Part shown: piece after piece, positions 37,701 to 52,500 of the stretch
Numbering within the stretch: position 1 is the first letter of the stretch
Layout: each line of letters starts with the position of its first letter
Assembly (NCBI RefSeq): GCF_006345805.1
Contig: NC_043000.1
Span: 31,124,001-31,188,000 of the forward strand
Direction of reading: 5' to 3'
Source of the DNA: Octopus sinensis
Taxonomy: Eukaryota
DNA: 64,000 bases
Translations under genes and position numbers: made by a program
The notes under the pieces: generated by a model
Told to the model about the DNA's origin: nothing
Database searches by the model: none
The model's input: only the letters and a program-made list of their open reading frames with translations

Positions 37701-39569
37701 CTAGCACTGGTTGTCAAGTAGTGTAAAGAACAGACACGCATAACACACTCCTACCCAGTTTCTGTCTACCCAAATTCACTCACAAGGCATTAGTTGATAG
37801 TCAAGGTGCCATGCAATGGGACTGAACTGAAAGCCATGTGGCTGCAAAGCAAACGTCTTAACCACACAGCTGTTGTTATTGCTGTTTATTTTTGTTTCTT
37901 TGTTTTCTTGATTGTTTGTTATTGCTGAAGTTATTTTTTTTATTTGATGTAAACCAATCTCATTCCATTGTTTATTTTGCATTTGTATTGTCTCTAATCT
38001 GTTGGCCCTTTTGTGGCCAATAAGACAAACAGTAACAGCAATAGGCGCAGATGTAGCTGTGTGGTTAGGCTGTCCACTTCCCAACTGCATGGCTTCTGGT
38101 TCAATCCCACTGTGTGGAACTTTGGACTTGTGTCTTCTATTCACAAGTTGACTCAAAACTTGTGAATGGATTTGATAGACAAAAACTGAAAGAAGCTTGT
38201 TGTGTGTGTGTGTGTGTGTGTCACCATCATCATTTAACGTCTGCTTTCTATGCTGGCATGGGTTGGACGGTTTGACAGAAAACCAGTAAGCTGGGGAGCT
38301 GCACCAAATTCCAGTCTGATTTGGCATTAGAAAGGGTATCCATGGCTGGATACCCTTTCTAATGCCAACCACACTGAGAGTGTAGTGGATGCTTTTTATG
38401 TGCCACTGGCACAGGTGTCATTGACCTGACACTGGCATCGGCCCGACTACGGTCTCACTTGGCTTGACAGGTCTACACAAGCATGGTATATCACCAAGGG
38501 TCTTGGTCATCTGTCGCTGCCTCCATGAGGACCAATGCTCGAACGGTGCTTTTTACATGCCAGTTAGATAGCACTGGCATTGGCCTCAACTACAATTTCT
38601 CTCGGTTCAACAGGTCTTCACAAGCACAGCATATCGCCCAACAATTGACGGGTGCTCATCATCATCATCATCACCACCATCATTTAATGTCTGTTTCCCA
38701 TGCTGGCATGAGTTGGATGGTTTGACAGGAGCTTGGAAGCTGGAGGGCTGCACTAGGCTCCTGTTGTCTGTTTTGGCATGGTTTCTATGGTTGGATGACC
38801 TTCTTTAATGCCAACCACTTTACAGAGTTTACTGGGTGCTTTTTATGTGGCATCAGCATGAGTACAGCTTACATGGTGCCAGTAGGGGTGCTTTGTTTAT
38901 GTGGAACCAGCAAGGGTGCTTTTCTCTTGTGGCACCGGCACGGGTGTCTTTTATAATATATGTGTGTGTGTGTTCTCAAGCTGATTGTAGTGTGTGTCAC
39001 CATCATACAAGTAACATCATTTGTTTCCAGTCTTCTCTGAAAAACGTCTGGCCACAGGGAAGTTTTATCTTGTTTGGAAACAGGTGACGGTTGGTAACGT
39101 AACAACCATAGAAAATCTGCCTCAGCAAATTCCAGTATCAAGAATTGGATGCTTAAATGAGGATGAATGATAAAACCCAAGGACCTTGGAGTAGAGGTCT
39201 CAAAAACATGGCATCTAAATGATTACTGTACCTGTGACCATCAGAGCTCTGGGCATAATACCAAATGGTGCTCATAAACACTGTGGCCAAATACCAGGAA
39301 AGCCAAAGGTATCAGAACTACAAAAATTGTTCTCATGAGTACTGGCCACATGCTAAGAAAACTGCTGTCAATCTGAGAATATCCTTTTAAACTTTTCCAA
39401 AATCTCAAATATTACAATTTCAGCAGAATCTGGTCTTCTTCCCATACAATATATCATTGCTAACCATTAACAGCACTTATATAGTTAAATGTTCAACTTA
39501 CTTGGGTCTCAGGCTGAGACTTGGAACAGCTCATATTAATCAAAGCAAAAACAATGAAAATAATAATGA

Positions 39570-39607
<38 letters not shown>

Positions 39608-39636
39608 ATAATAGTAATAATGATAACAATGATAAC

Positions 39637-39670
<34 letters not shown>

Positions 39671-40181
39671 GAAGTGTTATTATGTACATTGTTTTGTCTT
39701 GGTATAAAAAAAAGATGAACTACAGCAAATATTCTGCTCAATACCACCGATTTGCTTGTCAGTTGTTTGACCTTAACCAGTTGAGCATGTCCCTTAGTGG
39801 CTGACGATATGTGCATCTCTGATCACAAGCAGAAGTAGTGGTGGAGCATCATAGCCATGTGTTGAGAGGGATTCTTTGGGGTTTGAATAATTCACCTCTG
39901 GAAACATGGTTGTTTCGTTCAACATCCTTAAACAACCCTTATTCAAGGACCTTTTGAGTGGGATGGGTTACTCGACCAGTAGAAAATTCTAACTGGGCCC
40001 CACCTGCAAGGTCATGTGCTGTTTATCTTAATATGAGATCACCATGTCATGCACATATAGTTGTGATGCATGTGCTTGGTGTACCCTTATCAGACGGGTA
40101 GTCATGATGGGTATACTGGGCTTCGTATATTTCACCCCAGTGTCACTTTGATAGCATGCACTGCTCTCTCAATAATAATAT

Positions 40182-40214
<33 letters not shown>

Positions 40215-40540
40215 AGTAGTAATAGTATAGTAGTAGTAGTAGTAGTAGTAGTTGAATATATACTGTTATTGCTGTAAACTTTAAAAAAAATGAAACTAAT
40301 ATTGAGACTATTATCTTACTTTTTCAGGTATTTAAGGAAAAAATTGAGGAACCAAACCATTACAACGTGCCAATACTGGTACCACTTGAGATTAAATCAA
40401 TATTTGGTAAAATCCCACCAATTTATGACATCCATTGTAAAATAAGGGATGAGCTGTCAGACTTGATTAACAACTGGAAAGAAGATGCCTTGGTTGGCGA
40501 TGTCATTCTTAAACATGTAATTCTTTTTCTATATTCTGTT

Positions 40541-40575
<35 letters not shown>

Positions 40576-43500
40576 TATTTCACTGATCATATACAGTCTT
40601 TACGTTTTACTATATTTACATGCTGTCCTGTGCGTTGTGGTCATTAGATGCTACCTGAAAACAATGCCGCAGCCATCTTTTGTGTCCAGACTGGTTTTAA
40701 ATTTCAAAGCCTTCCTTGCTCTTCAGTCGATTGTGTTTTGTTAGATAGGTTGATGATGTCAAAAGCAGAGAAAAAAAAAAGAAAATCAAACACAAAACCC
40801 TAATAAAAAAAAAGGAAAAAAAAAGCAAAACTCGAGCAAACCCAGAACGTGTGGTCATTAAGTATAGTTTAGATGAAATTAAATAATGTGAACCTGTATC
40901 AATATGATGAATACCAATAAATCAATGTTAACTACTGGTGATTTGTTTCCGTGGCAACGAGACAACGAGATATTCCTTGAACACTCTTAGAGTGTTAATG
41001 AGTTTGGTCATCTGTTTGATGGATTGCATTGGCCGATAGGTTATGTTGGAATTATTGATATAATTATGAGAGGTTTATTAAAAAGAAGATTAAATGGAAA
41101 AGAAAAAGAAAAAACCCAGCTGAATTGTAGTGAATTAGGTATTTTGACAAGGGCCATAACTCTTGCTGCCTTACTTGGAAGTAACTTCACCAGTGTGAAT
41201 GGTGGCTTTAAGAAAGGTCAACCCATAATGAGTTGGATGATTGTAGGTGAAGGTGTATAGCTTATTGGTTAGCGTTTGGGGATCACAATCATGAGGTCGT
41301 GGATTTGATTCCTCGACTGGTCATTTCATTTCATGTAGATCCAATCAGTTCATTAGTTGAAATTAGTACCATCTACCCAGTACTGGTCATTTCATTTCAT
41401 GTAGATCCAGTCAGTTCACTAGTTGAAATTAGTACCAGCTACCCAGTACTGGTCATTTCATTTCATGTAGATCCAGTCAGTTCACTAGTTGAAATTAGTA
41501 CCAGCTACCCAGTACTGGTCATTTCATTTCATGTAGATCCAATCAGTTCACTAGTTGAAATTAGTACCATCTACCCAGTACTGGTCACTTCATTTCATGT
41601 AGATCCAGTCAGTTCACTAGTTGAAATTAGTACCAGCTACCCAGTACTGGTCATTTTATTTCATGTAGATCCAATCAGTTCACTAGTTGAAATTAGTACC
41701 AGCTACCCAGTACTGGTCACTTCATTTCATGTAGATCCAGTCAGTTCACTAGTTGAAATTAGTACCAGCTACCCAGTACTGGTCACTTCATTTCATGTAG
41801 ATCCAGTCAGTTGAAATTAGTACCAGCTACCCAGTACTGGTCCAGCCCACTCTCTCCCCTTCAGTGTTCCACTGAATCAAGGGGCGAGAGGGTTGAGTGT
41901 TGATGACTTTTGAGGAATACATCGACACCTAGAGTATTTAGTGGAAGTGTAGTATTTTGTTACAGGTCATCCTTGTTTGCAAGTGATGGCCAGAGTTGGA
42001 TAGGGTGTAAAAAGTTAGACATATACCAGCTGAGTCAAAAGTCACAAAACAATCTCAGTTTTTAATAAATTTCTTTTATTTTCTTTTTTGTATTTTTCTT
42101 ATATTGTTATTAAAATATTAAAAAGTCATGATTGGAGTTTCAATACTTCCTAACAGTATTTAAGAAAAGTACTAATTACTGTATTTGATGGCAGAGAAAA
42201 TGCACTTAAAAAAAAAATCAGTCTCAGAAAAATCATCCCTATAGGCAAAGTTAGGCTTCCTATAAGTTTTAATGCACTAAAATCCATTTTTCCTCTGAAT
42301 ATGCGCTGCTGAAATTGGGATGTCATCAAATATAATAATTAGAATAAGCTTATTGAAATTATAGACTTGTTTGTAACTTTTGGTTCATGCAGTACACATA
42401 TTTTTTTATTCCTCTTTTCATTCATGCCTTTGTGGCTAATAAAAAAAAACTATTTATTAGTTACCTTGTTTGATTTTAGCCATTCACTTGTGAAATGGTG
42501 TTTCATTAGTTTTCAATTTCTTTAGATAACTCTAAATCACAGCAACAAGATGGAATTGCCATTGTTATAATATTCTTTTAATCTGTTTTTATTGATTAGG
42601 CGGATAAATTGGTAAAAGCATATCCCCCATTTGTGAACTTTTTCGAAAAAACAAAAGAGAGTATTCTGGAATGTGAAAAGAAGAATCCTAGATTTCATGC
42701 ATTCTTAAAGGTAATTCAACCGAAGCATTTTCTTATTTCAACTCATCTTGGAGTTCTTATCATTAAAAAAAAAAAAATCTTTTGTACAGAAATTAGAATT
42801 CATGCTCAAAGTTAGAGTTCTTGGATGTTGCTAAAATGGAGAGGAAGGAATTTGGCAGAAAAATGTATTGCATAAGTTTAGAGAGAGAGAAGAGACTTTG
42901 GTGTAACTATTTTGTATTTTACAGAGACTTTAGAATTAAGGCTTTAAGGGTCGGAGGGATTTTTGTTCCCAGCTACATGGTTTCAGGTTCAGTTCCACTG
43001 CATGGCACCTTGGGCAAGTATCTCCTGTTATAATCCTAGGCTAACAAAAGCCTTTTGAGTGGATTTGGTAGACAAATTGAAAGAAACCTGTTGTGTGTGT
43101 GTGTGCATGCCCCATTACCACTATGGTTTAAATATCGATGTTCCATGTTGGTATGAGTTGGACAGTTCGACAGGATCCAATGCATCCATTCTTCTCCATT
43201 CTCTGCTTTGGCATGGTTTCTACAGCTGGATGCTCTTCCGAACATCTGCCACTTCACAATTTGTACTGGGTGCTTTTTTCATGGTATCTTGTTCTGCAAG
43301 TAAGATTGCTATGCTGCTTGTAAGACTACAAACACCAAGGGAAGAGTCTTTATGCGAGGAGATCAGGGATTAAAGTATGAGGGTTGGTGACAGAAAGGGC
43401 ACCCAGCTGTAGAAAATTTGCTTAATGAACTCCGTCTAATCCATGCCAGTATGGAAAATTGGAAGTTAAAGTGGTGATGATGATAATTTAGTATACTGTA

Positions 43501-46500
43501 TACACTTTAGCAATAAAGAGTTTCGGGAAAAGAGGTATTTAAGAGTGAATATTGCGTACATTCTACAGATTCTAAAATGAGACAGATGATGATGAGTAGA
43601 TAACAGAATGTTGATGTGGTGCATAAGTTGTGAGTTCAAACCTGTTGTGGCTGGTATTTTGTTAATTCTATACAACCCATGCTAGCATGGAAAGCGGACG
43701 CTAAATGATGATGATGATGATGATGATTCCAGTTGACACTCGTGTTTGAGAATGAATTCCAGATTATCTAGGAACACGCTAAGAGTTGCTGAAGCATGGA
43801 ACAGACTGCCGGCATCAGTTGTTAGTTATCGGAGCACTGCATCCTTCAAAACTTCCATGCTTCCTGAGATTCGCCAACACTGCACCTGATTTTCTCACCT
43901 CTATACACATGCAAGCATGTATCTGACTCATACACTGTTCGCTTTCCAGACATTTGTACATTATTGCATATACATTATATGCACTTTTGACAAGTTGTGG
44001 TGCACTTGAGCACCGTATACAATAATTTCATTATTATATTATTATATTAACCGTGATATACCAGCATCCTGTTCAGAGGTATTACTGTTTCTACGATACT
44101 ACTGCTTAAGAAATTGCAGTTACTACCCCAAAACGACTTTTGAGATCGTGTGACTGGATCTAAGTGCTGACACTAAAAAATCTTTTAGTGGGTTTAATGT
44201 TTCCATTGCATTTCAGCATAACTGTAGATTGTGGATTCAAAAGTCACATAACACACACATTGTGTGGTGATAAAATATGTTAGTATTGGTGGCTACTGTT
44301 AGAGATATCACAGAAGAGACATCATCATTATCGTTTAACGTTCGCTTTCCATGCTAGCATGGGTTGGACGATTTTGACTGAGGGCTGGCGAACCAGATGG
44401 CTGCACCAGACTCCAATCTTGATTTGGCAGAGTTTCTACAGCTGGATGCCCTTCCTAACAGCAACCACTCCGAGAGTGTAGTGGGTGCTTTTTACGTGCC
44501 ACTGGTACGGGGGCCAGTCAGGCCGTACTGGCAACAACCTCACAAAAATCTCTTTACACATACCACCAGCACAAGTGCCAATAAGGCGACGTTGGTAACG
44601 ATCCCACTCGAATGGTGCCCTTTTACATGCCACTGGCATGGAAGCCAGTTGGCTGCTCTGGCATGCTTTCATTAATCCTAGAATATTTAGAGATACAGCA
44701 TGACAATTTCAGATGTCTTGGAGTAATCCTAAATCTTAGTGGATTGGCAGAATTGGTAGAGCTCTGGACAAAATGCATTATGGTATTTAGTTACAACACA
44801 TTTTGTCCAGAGTTCAAATCTTTCCATGGTAAACTTTGCCATTTTCCCTTCTGGCTGCTACTGAACCGATCTAACTCCATCACCAAGACTACACTCTTAG
44901 CTTATCCATCTCACCCTAACTCTCTCACCAACCTGAGGTATATACTTCAGATACCTCGTCAGCCCTGCATGTATCCCTTACACTGCCTAGAATTACTAGA
45001 TTCATTGGTCATTTGGAATCACTGCTTAGATTCACTGTCCCCACTGGTCGTTTGGTATCAACATCCATTATTCACTTGTCCATTTTTATCTCCTCCTTCT
45101 TCCTTTCTGGTACTGGTGACATAATAAAATGCACCCAGTGCATTCCTAAGTATGGGGCTAGGTTGAGACGATCTTTAGACTTTTTTGAGGACATGCCATC
45201 TCTCTGCTGGTACTGGTACCACAAAAATGTACCTGGTGCTCTCTATAAAGTGACTGGTGTTAGGAAGGGCATCCAGGCATACAAAGCAAATGAAATTTTG
45301 TCCTCTGACTCATCTAAGGAGGCATCAAGAACATGTCAAGAACACATTCTAGCATGGAAAGAACTTGTAAAACAATGACAATGAGTGAAGAAATTTAAAC
45401 GGCAGTTGGTGGTGGTGATGGGGGTGGGGAAGCAGTGATTTAATCAATTATAAGCACTGCCAGATCAGACTGGGCTTGGTGCAGCCTTCTGGCTTCCCAG
45501 ACCCCAGTTGAACCGTCCAGCCCATGCTAGCATGGAAAGCGGACGTTAAACGATGATGATGAAGCCTCCCTCCACTCCATGAAATATATATATATATATA
45601 TATATATACTAGCACTAAAAATTCACAAAAAAGTCACTTCTATTGATTTTTTAATGGCTTTGCGGGGTGACTGTGGAAATGTAAAGATGTGCACGACCAC
45701 CCTTGGACGGTTTTCAATGACCATAGAAAGTGCGAGCCCTCTAACTGAAAAATTGTGGATTTGTATAAAGGACACACACACAGACATTTTGCCGTTTATA
45801 TATATAGAGATATATGATATTGTTAGAAACTCTTATTGGTTTGGTCAACATACTTGAGGACCTGGACTAAATGTCCCATTATAGTTTTGTTACCTTACAG
45901 TTTGAGTTCAAGTCTTGCCAAAGTAGATTTATTTTCATTCTTTGGTAGGGAAAGGCATGGAGGGATTGTTAATAAATTGATGAGCAAACTGCAGGGTTGA
46001 TTCAACTGATTGAAGTCTTCTTCTCTAAAATGTTTCTGGCCTTGTGTTAGTCAGAAATCATTATTATTGGAAAAAAAAGTTGACTCAATCTTAGTTATGT
46101 CTGTCTGTGATCTAAGTTTTTTTATTGATTTTTGTCTGTTATTAGAATTATATGAAGGCGGCGAGCTGGCAGAATCGTTAGCACACCGGGCGAAATGCTT
46201 AGCGGTATTTCCTCTGCTGCTATATTCTGAGTTCAAATTCCGCCGAGTCGACTTTGCCTTTCATCATTTTGGGGTCGATTAAATAAGTACCAGTTATGCA
46301 CTGGGGTCAATATAATCGACTTAATCCGTTTGTCTGTCCTCACTGTGTTTAGCCCCTTGTGGGTAATAAAGAAACAGGTATTTCGTCTGCTGCTACGTTC
46401 TGAGTTCAAATTCCGCCGAGGTCGACTTTGCCTTTCATCCTTTCGGGGTCAATTAAATAAGTACCAGTTACGCAGTGGGGTCAATATAATCGACTTAATC

Positions 46501-49500
46501 CCTTTGTCTATCCTCGTTTTTCCCCTCTGTGTTTAGCCCCTTGTGGGTAGTAAAGAAATAGGTATTTCATCTGCCGTTACGTTCTGAGTTCAAATTCCGC
46601 CGAGGTCGACTTTGCCTTTCATCCTTTCAGGGTCGATAAATTAAGTACCAGTTACACACCGAGGTCGATGTAATCGACTTAATCCCTTTGTCTGTCCTCG
46701 TTTGTCCCCTCTGTGTTTAGCTCCTTGTGGGCAATAAAGAAATAAGAATCGTTAGCACTTCTAGATGAAATGCTTAGTGGTATTTTGCCCGTCGCTACAT
46801 TCTGAGTTCAAATTCCACTGAGGTCAACTTTGCTTTCCATCCTTTCGAGGTCGATAAATTAAATACCAGTTACACACTGGAGTCAATCTAATTGACTGAC
46901 TCCCTCCCACCAAATTTCAGGCCTTGTGTCTATAGTATAAAGGATTATTATTATTAAGGTGGTAATCTGGCAGAATTGTTGGCTCACCAGACAAATGTTT
47001 TTAGTAGCATTTTATCTGTCTTTATGTTCTGTGTTCAAAATTCCACTAATGTTGACTTCGCCTTCCATCCTTTCAGAGTTGATAAAATAAGTACCAGTTG
47101 AAAACAGGTTGATGTAACTGACTTAACCCCTGTCCTGAAATTGCTGGATTTGTGCCAAAATTTATCGAATTGAATTTAGTTGTATTAGAAAATCTTACCA
47201 GAATTCCAGTTTTCTGGAAGTATAGAGCCATGTTCAACAACAACAGTATTTTAAGGCCACACTTCCAGCTAAAGCAAAAGTTATCCCTACAGTCTTTGTG
47301 ACAGTCCTCTCTGTCCCTTACATCCCTTTTCTGTTCATTTCTACCTTTAACCATGTCTTTATCAATCGCTCTCCTTTGCTTCCCCTTTATTTTCCATCAG
47401 CCCCCTCACACAGTCCTTCTTCAGCACATGACCATCTAAATCCACTTCACTTCATAGCATAGATCCATCATTGGCTAAATTCTCATATTGCTTTGAAATT
47501 CATTCATTGTCTTTCTCTTCTCTCGTGACTATTTGGCCATCTTCTACCTACTGAGCCATTCTCATTTCCGCTCTTTCTAACATTCTCTGCTGCTTCATCT
47601 CTCTATATATAAATGGCAAAATGTCTGTCTGTGTGTGTATCCTTTATACAAATCCACAATTTTTCAGTTAGAGGGCTTGCACTTTCTATGGTCATTGAAA
47701 ACCATCCAAGGGTGGTCATGCACATCTTTACAATTCCCCAGTCACTCTGCAAAGCCATTAAAAAAATCAATAGAAGTGACTTTTTTGTGAATTTTCTATC
47801 CAAAACCCAATCAAAATGCCTGAAACTTGATACGCCAATTGAATGCCAGCTAGCTGTATGTGATTGGTCAGAGATTTGGACAGTACTCGCGTGTATGCGT
47901 GCACACACGCAGCTGTATATGCATGTACTAGCACGTTGCCGGGTCATAGTGCTAGTGTTCATTATCCATGTAACATTTCTTTGAACAGTTGCTTAATTAG
48001 AGCTGGGCTGCATGTGGAAAAGCTGAATCTTGTTGAGTCAGGAAGAAGCAGCAGATTAAAAGGGAAAGAACTACACAAGAAAATGTTAAATTTAGGTTGA
48101 AGGTTTTCTATATGGAAAGATTTGTTGAGCTGATTTTGCCCTTCAGTGGGTAAAAATTACAAAATGGAAAAGACAGTATTTTGGTAATGTAGTAGTGAGT
48201 TGAGACAGTGGGGTATGGATGAGATTTGAGAGTCAAGAGAGAGGATATTGGAGTGAAGTCAAGAGATGGTGGGATATGAGAGTAGAGAGTCAAGAGATGG
48301 TGGGATAGTGGAGGAGAGAGTCAAGAGGTAGTGGGATAAAAGAACAGTCAAGAGATGATAGGAGTAGGCCCACGAGATGGTTGGGTAAGATGGTGGGAAT
48401 AGAGAGTATGGTCACGAAATGATGGGAGTAGGGAGTCAAGTGATAGTGAAGTAAGGGAGTAGAAAAATCAAGAGATGGTGGGATACTGGAGTATAGAGTC
48501 AACAAATAGTGGGATAAGAGAGTAGAGTCAAGACATAATGGGAGTAGTTGAGTGATGGTGGGGTAAAGGAGTAGATCCAAGAAATGGTGAGGTAAAGGAG
48601 TTGAGTGTCGAGAGATGATGGGGTAAGGGATCAGAGAGTTGAGATAGTGGGGTAAGGGATTAGAGGGCCAAGAGATGATGGGGTGAGGGAATAAAACCAA
48701 GGGATAGTGAGGTGTAGGATAAGAGAGTGAAGTCAAAAGATGATGGAAGTAGAGAGTCAAGATATAGTGGAGTAAAGGAGTAGAGAGGCAAGAAATGGTG
48801 GGGTTAGGGAGTAAAATCAAGAGAGGGTGGGATAAGATAGTGGTTAGTTATGAGGTGGGGTAAGTGAGTAGAGAGTTAGATGATGGGGTCAGGAGGGATC
48901 AGAGGGTCAAGAGATAGAGGGGTAAGGGAGTTGGAGGGTCAAGGTATGGTGAGATGTAGGAGTAAAGAGGTGGTGGGAGTAGTGAGTTGAGGGATGATGG
49001 AATATTTTTTAGCACTTGAGAGCTGTATACAAAATCGTTTATTACTTGTTGTTGACCGTGACTGCACCAAGTGAGAAATCCTTTCTTTTTGTGTGCACTT
49101 CTGTTTGAATTATGATATTTTCCATCAATACTGTTATTAAACAGCCTTCAGTTATTATCATATGTCTTTGTTCCTTTGAAATTTTTTTTTTTTTATTGGA
49201 ATATATGTCAATGTTATTTAGTATTTTGTGAAGCTACTTTTGTTTTCTAGACATCTGCGATAAGACCTGCTTGATTGAAAGGTAGTTGGTTTGATTGTCG
49301 GAAATATTGCATTAGACAATTATTATAATTTACAATAATGGGTTCTTGATTGAAAAGGCTGTATGTTTTGGTGTTGTGTACAATTAAGGAAGAAGACAAA
49401 CAAATTAAAACAAGAGTGATAATTGAAGCATTGAAATTAGTTATATAATCAAAATGGTAACGTTCTTAGCCATAGGTACCATCTTCATCATCACCATCAC

Positions 49501-52500
49501 CATATGTCTGCTTTCCATGTTGGCATTGATTGGCTGGGTCATCATGACCTGAGTCAATTCTTATTCTGAATTACTCTCTCATAGATGGGCCAGAGGGCCA
49601 TGTCTTGCACTTGTGTTTCATTTTTAGCTTGGTTTCTATGGCTGCACTGTGTATAAGATGCATTTTATATCGTTTTATTACGGCTACATCACTAGAGAAG
49701 TTAGGTTGTTTATAAGACATGGCATAAAAGATACTCTCAGCTCACTCTTCTCTCTACTCAGGCACTAACCATCTTACAGAGTGTACTGGGTATATTTTGT
49801 CATGGCACCAATTCTAGAGAAGGTTTCATGTCTTTGACAAGACACAGCAGAATAGATCCTTCCGCTCTACGTTTCATCTGCTTGTTTACCTACTCTTTTA
49901 CAGTATGTGCTGGGGGTACATTTTATATCTGAGCACCTGGATGGCTGTCCCTGTTATAAAACATAGTGAAAAAGATATTTAATGTTGATCATGAATCGAA
50001 AGGTAGCTTCAAGTGAAGCAAGAAAGCAATAAATTAGAAATGTGATGATGATGATGATAATGATGACAGTGTGTGTGTGTGTGTGTGCACGCGCGCATTC
50101 GTGTGCGTTGTGTTAGAAAAAACTCTATTTCAAACTATTTCTTCCAATTTTATTTAATATCTGCTGATGTGGATATTTGTTTTCACTATTTGTCTCTGTT
50201 CTAAATGTGTAAGAACATGGCTTCTATGAAACCAGAAACATTGCTTAACTAATAATAATAATAATAATAATAATAGTAATAATAATAATAGTGGTGACAT
50301 GAAAATAACAACAGAATTTCTCGTTTCAATAGACTCAATTATTTCTTGTGTTTCAGGTATCTCTTAACAAACCAGAATGTGGTCGACAAACTCTAGTTGA
50401 ATTAATGATACGTCCTGTGCAGCGTCTTGGAAGTGTTATTCTGCTTTTAAACGGTGAGAATTTGTCATTTCAGGATATTGCTAAATTTTTCTATTTTTTT
50501 TCTTTTCTTTTTCCATTACCATCATTTATAACTTCTGGCAGACAATTCCAACTTCACCCATGTTCTCAACTGTATGGCCAAATGACTGCAAAGGTCAAAT
50601 TCTTGCTAGTTGGTGATTCTTTGACAGTATTTATCGATCCATTTGCTATTACTCACCAATTTACCATTCATCCTTCTACTATGGAATCTTTGTAAATACT
50701 GATTGGTTAATGAAAACAATTAATTGATTCAGAATTTTAAGCTAATGAAGTTTCATTGCTAGTGTTATTAATATCGTTAGTATTATTATCATTATTATTA
50801 TTATTGAGGTGGCAAGCTGGCAGAATGATTGTCATGTCAAACAAAACGCTTAGCAAGCATTTCTTCTGGCTGTTTATGTTCTGAGTTCAAGTACTGCTGA
50901 GGTCAACTTTGCTTCTCATCATTTCAGGTGTCAACAAAATAAGTACCTGTCAAGTACTGTAGTTGATGTAATTGATTAGTCTCTCCCCTCAGAATTGCTG
51001 GCCTTGTGCCAGAATTTGAAACAATTGTTATTTTAATTATTACATCATATTCATCATCATTGTTTAACGTCCGTTTTCCATGCTAGCATGAGTTGGACAG
51101 TTCGACCGGGGTCTGGGAAGCCAGGAGACTGCACCAGGCTCCAGCCTGATCTGGCAGTGTTTCTACAGCTTGATGCCCTTCCTAACGCCAACCACTCCGT
51201 GAGTGTAGTGGGTGCTTTTTATGTGCCACTGGCACAGGTGCCGTAAAAATAAATTACAATAATTTATCGAATTGAATTTAGTTGTATTAGAAAATCTTAC
51301 CAGAATTCCAGGGGAGGCTGGCAACGGCCAAGATCGGTTGGTGCTTTTTACATGCCACCGGCATGGAAGCCAGGTTTTATATTTAATAGTTTTTCTCTGT
51401 CAGCACTTCACTGAGACAAATTTTTGTCCTAAATTGATCTCATAACTCTTAACATGTCAACACCAATATTTGCCTGGTCCTTTTAAAATTGCCATGACTC
51501 TAGAATTTGTGTGTTAAAAACTGTCCAACAGGCTGCAGTTTATTATCAGAGGCCGGTTCCTTTTGCTGCCTCTATCAGTGTTTGCTCAGTTCAAAAACAA
51601 GTGATGAAGTAATTTTATTTTGACTTTAGCAATTACTGTAAGTTAGTTAATTTGTCTAACCTTCTGAAACTTCCACAACTGGAGACAGTGTTTGATGGTA
51701 ATCACTTGACTTGTAGGAACCGGTCCACCACCATTGCAATGATACATTATTTTCTTGTCTTTTGACACTAAGATTCTACAAAGTTAAAATGTAGTCAGGG
51801 AGATGAAGATCTTACACATAGGCAGCAAATTGGCAGTCATTAGAACATCGAACAGCATTCAATGTGTATTCTTTCCAACACTCTGCATGCTGAGTTCAAA
51901 TCCTGCTATGCTGACATTGCCTTTCAGAAGTCCCAACCTACAGCATTGGCTTAGTGGAACTGAAAGAATATCAGGCCAGATTTTTTGTAGTTTCTCTTCT
52001 GGTGCTTTGCATCCTAAATTTAAATCTTAATGTGGCCTACTTGGCTGGTATACTTAACCCATCACCTAGTTTAATATTACCACCAGGCACCACTGATGTG
52101 TGTGTGTGTGTGTGCGTGCATGTATATCTCTCTCTCTCTATATATATATCATCATCATCATCATTTAATGTCCATTTTCCGTGCTAGCATGGGTTGGACG
52201 GTTCGACTGGGGTCTGGGAAGCCAGAAGGCTGCACCAAGCTCCAGTCTGATCTGGCAGTGTTTCTACAGCTGGATGCTCTTCCTTACGCCAACCACTCCG
52301 TGAGTGTAGTGGGTGCTTTTTACGTGCCAGGCGAGGCTGGCCACGGCCACGATCGGATTAGTGCATTTTATGTGCCACCGGCACGGAAGCCAGTCAAGGT
52401 GGTGCTGGCATTGGCCACGATTCGGATGGTGCTTTTTACGTGCCACCGGCACGGAAGCCAGTCTAGGCGGCGCTGGCATCGGCCACATTCAGATGATGCC

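Noticed and set aside
37776-38372. 198-aa minus-strand ORF
   Set aside because: It crosses an RTE tail, a microsatellite and a SINE, and has no domain signal.
41299-41814. 171-aa ORF with 22-aa repeats, or a CRISPR-like array
   Set aside because: It is the translation of a 66-bp minisatellite. The units are contiguous with no unique spacers, and there are no cas genes.
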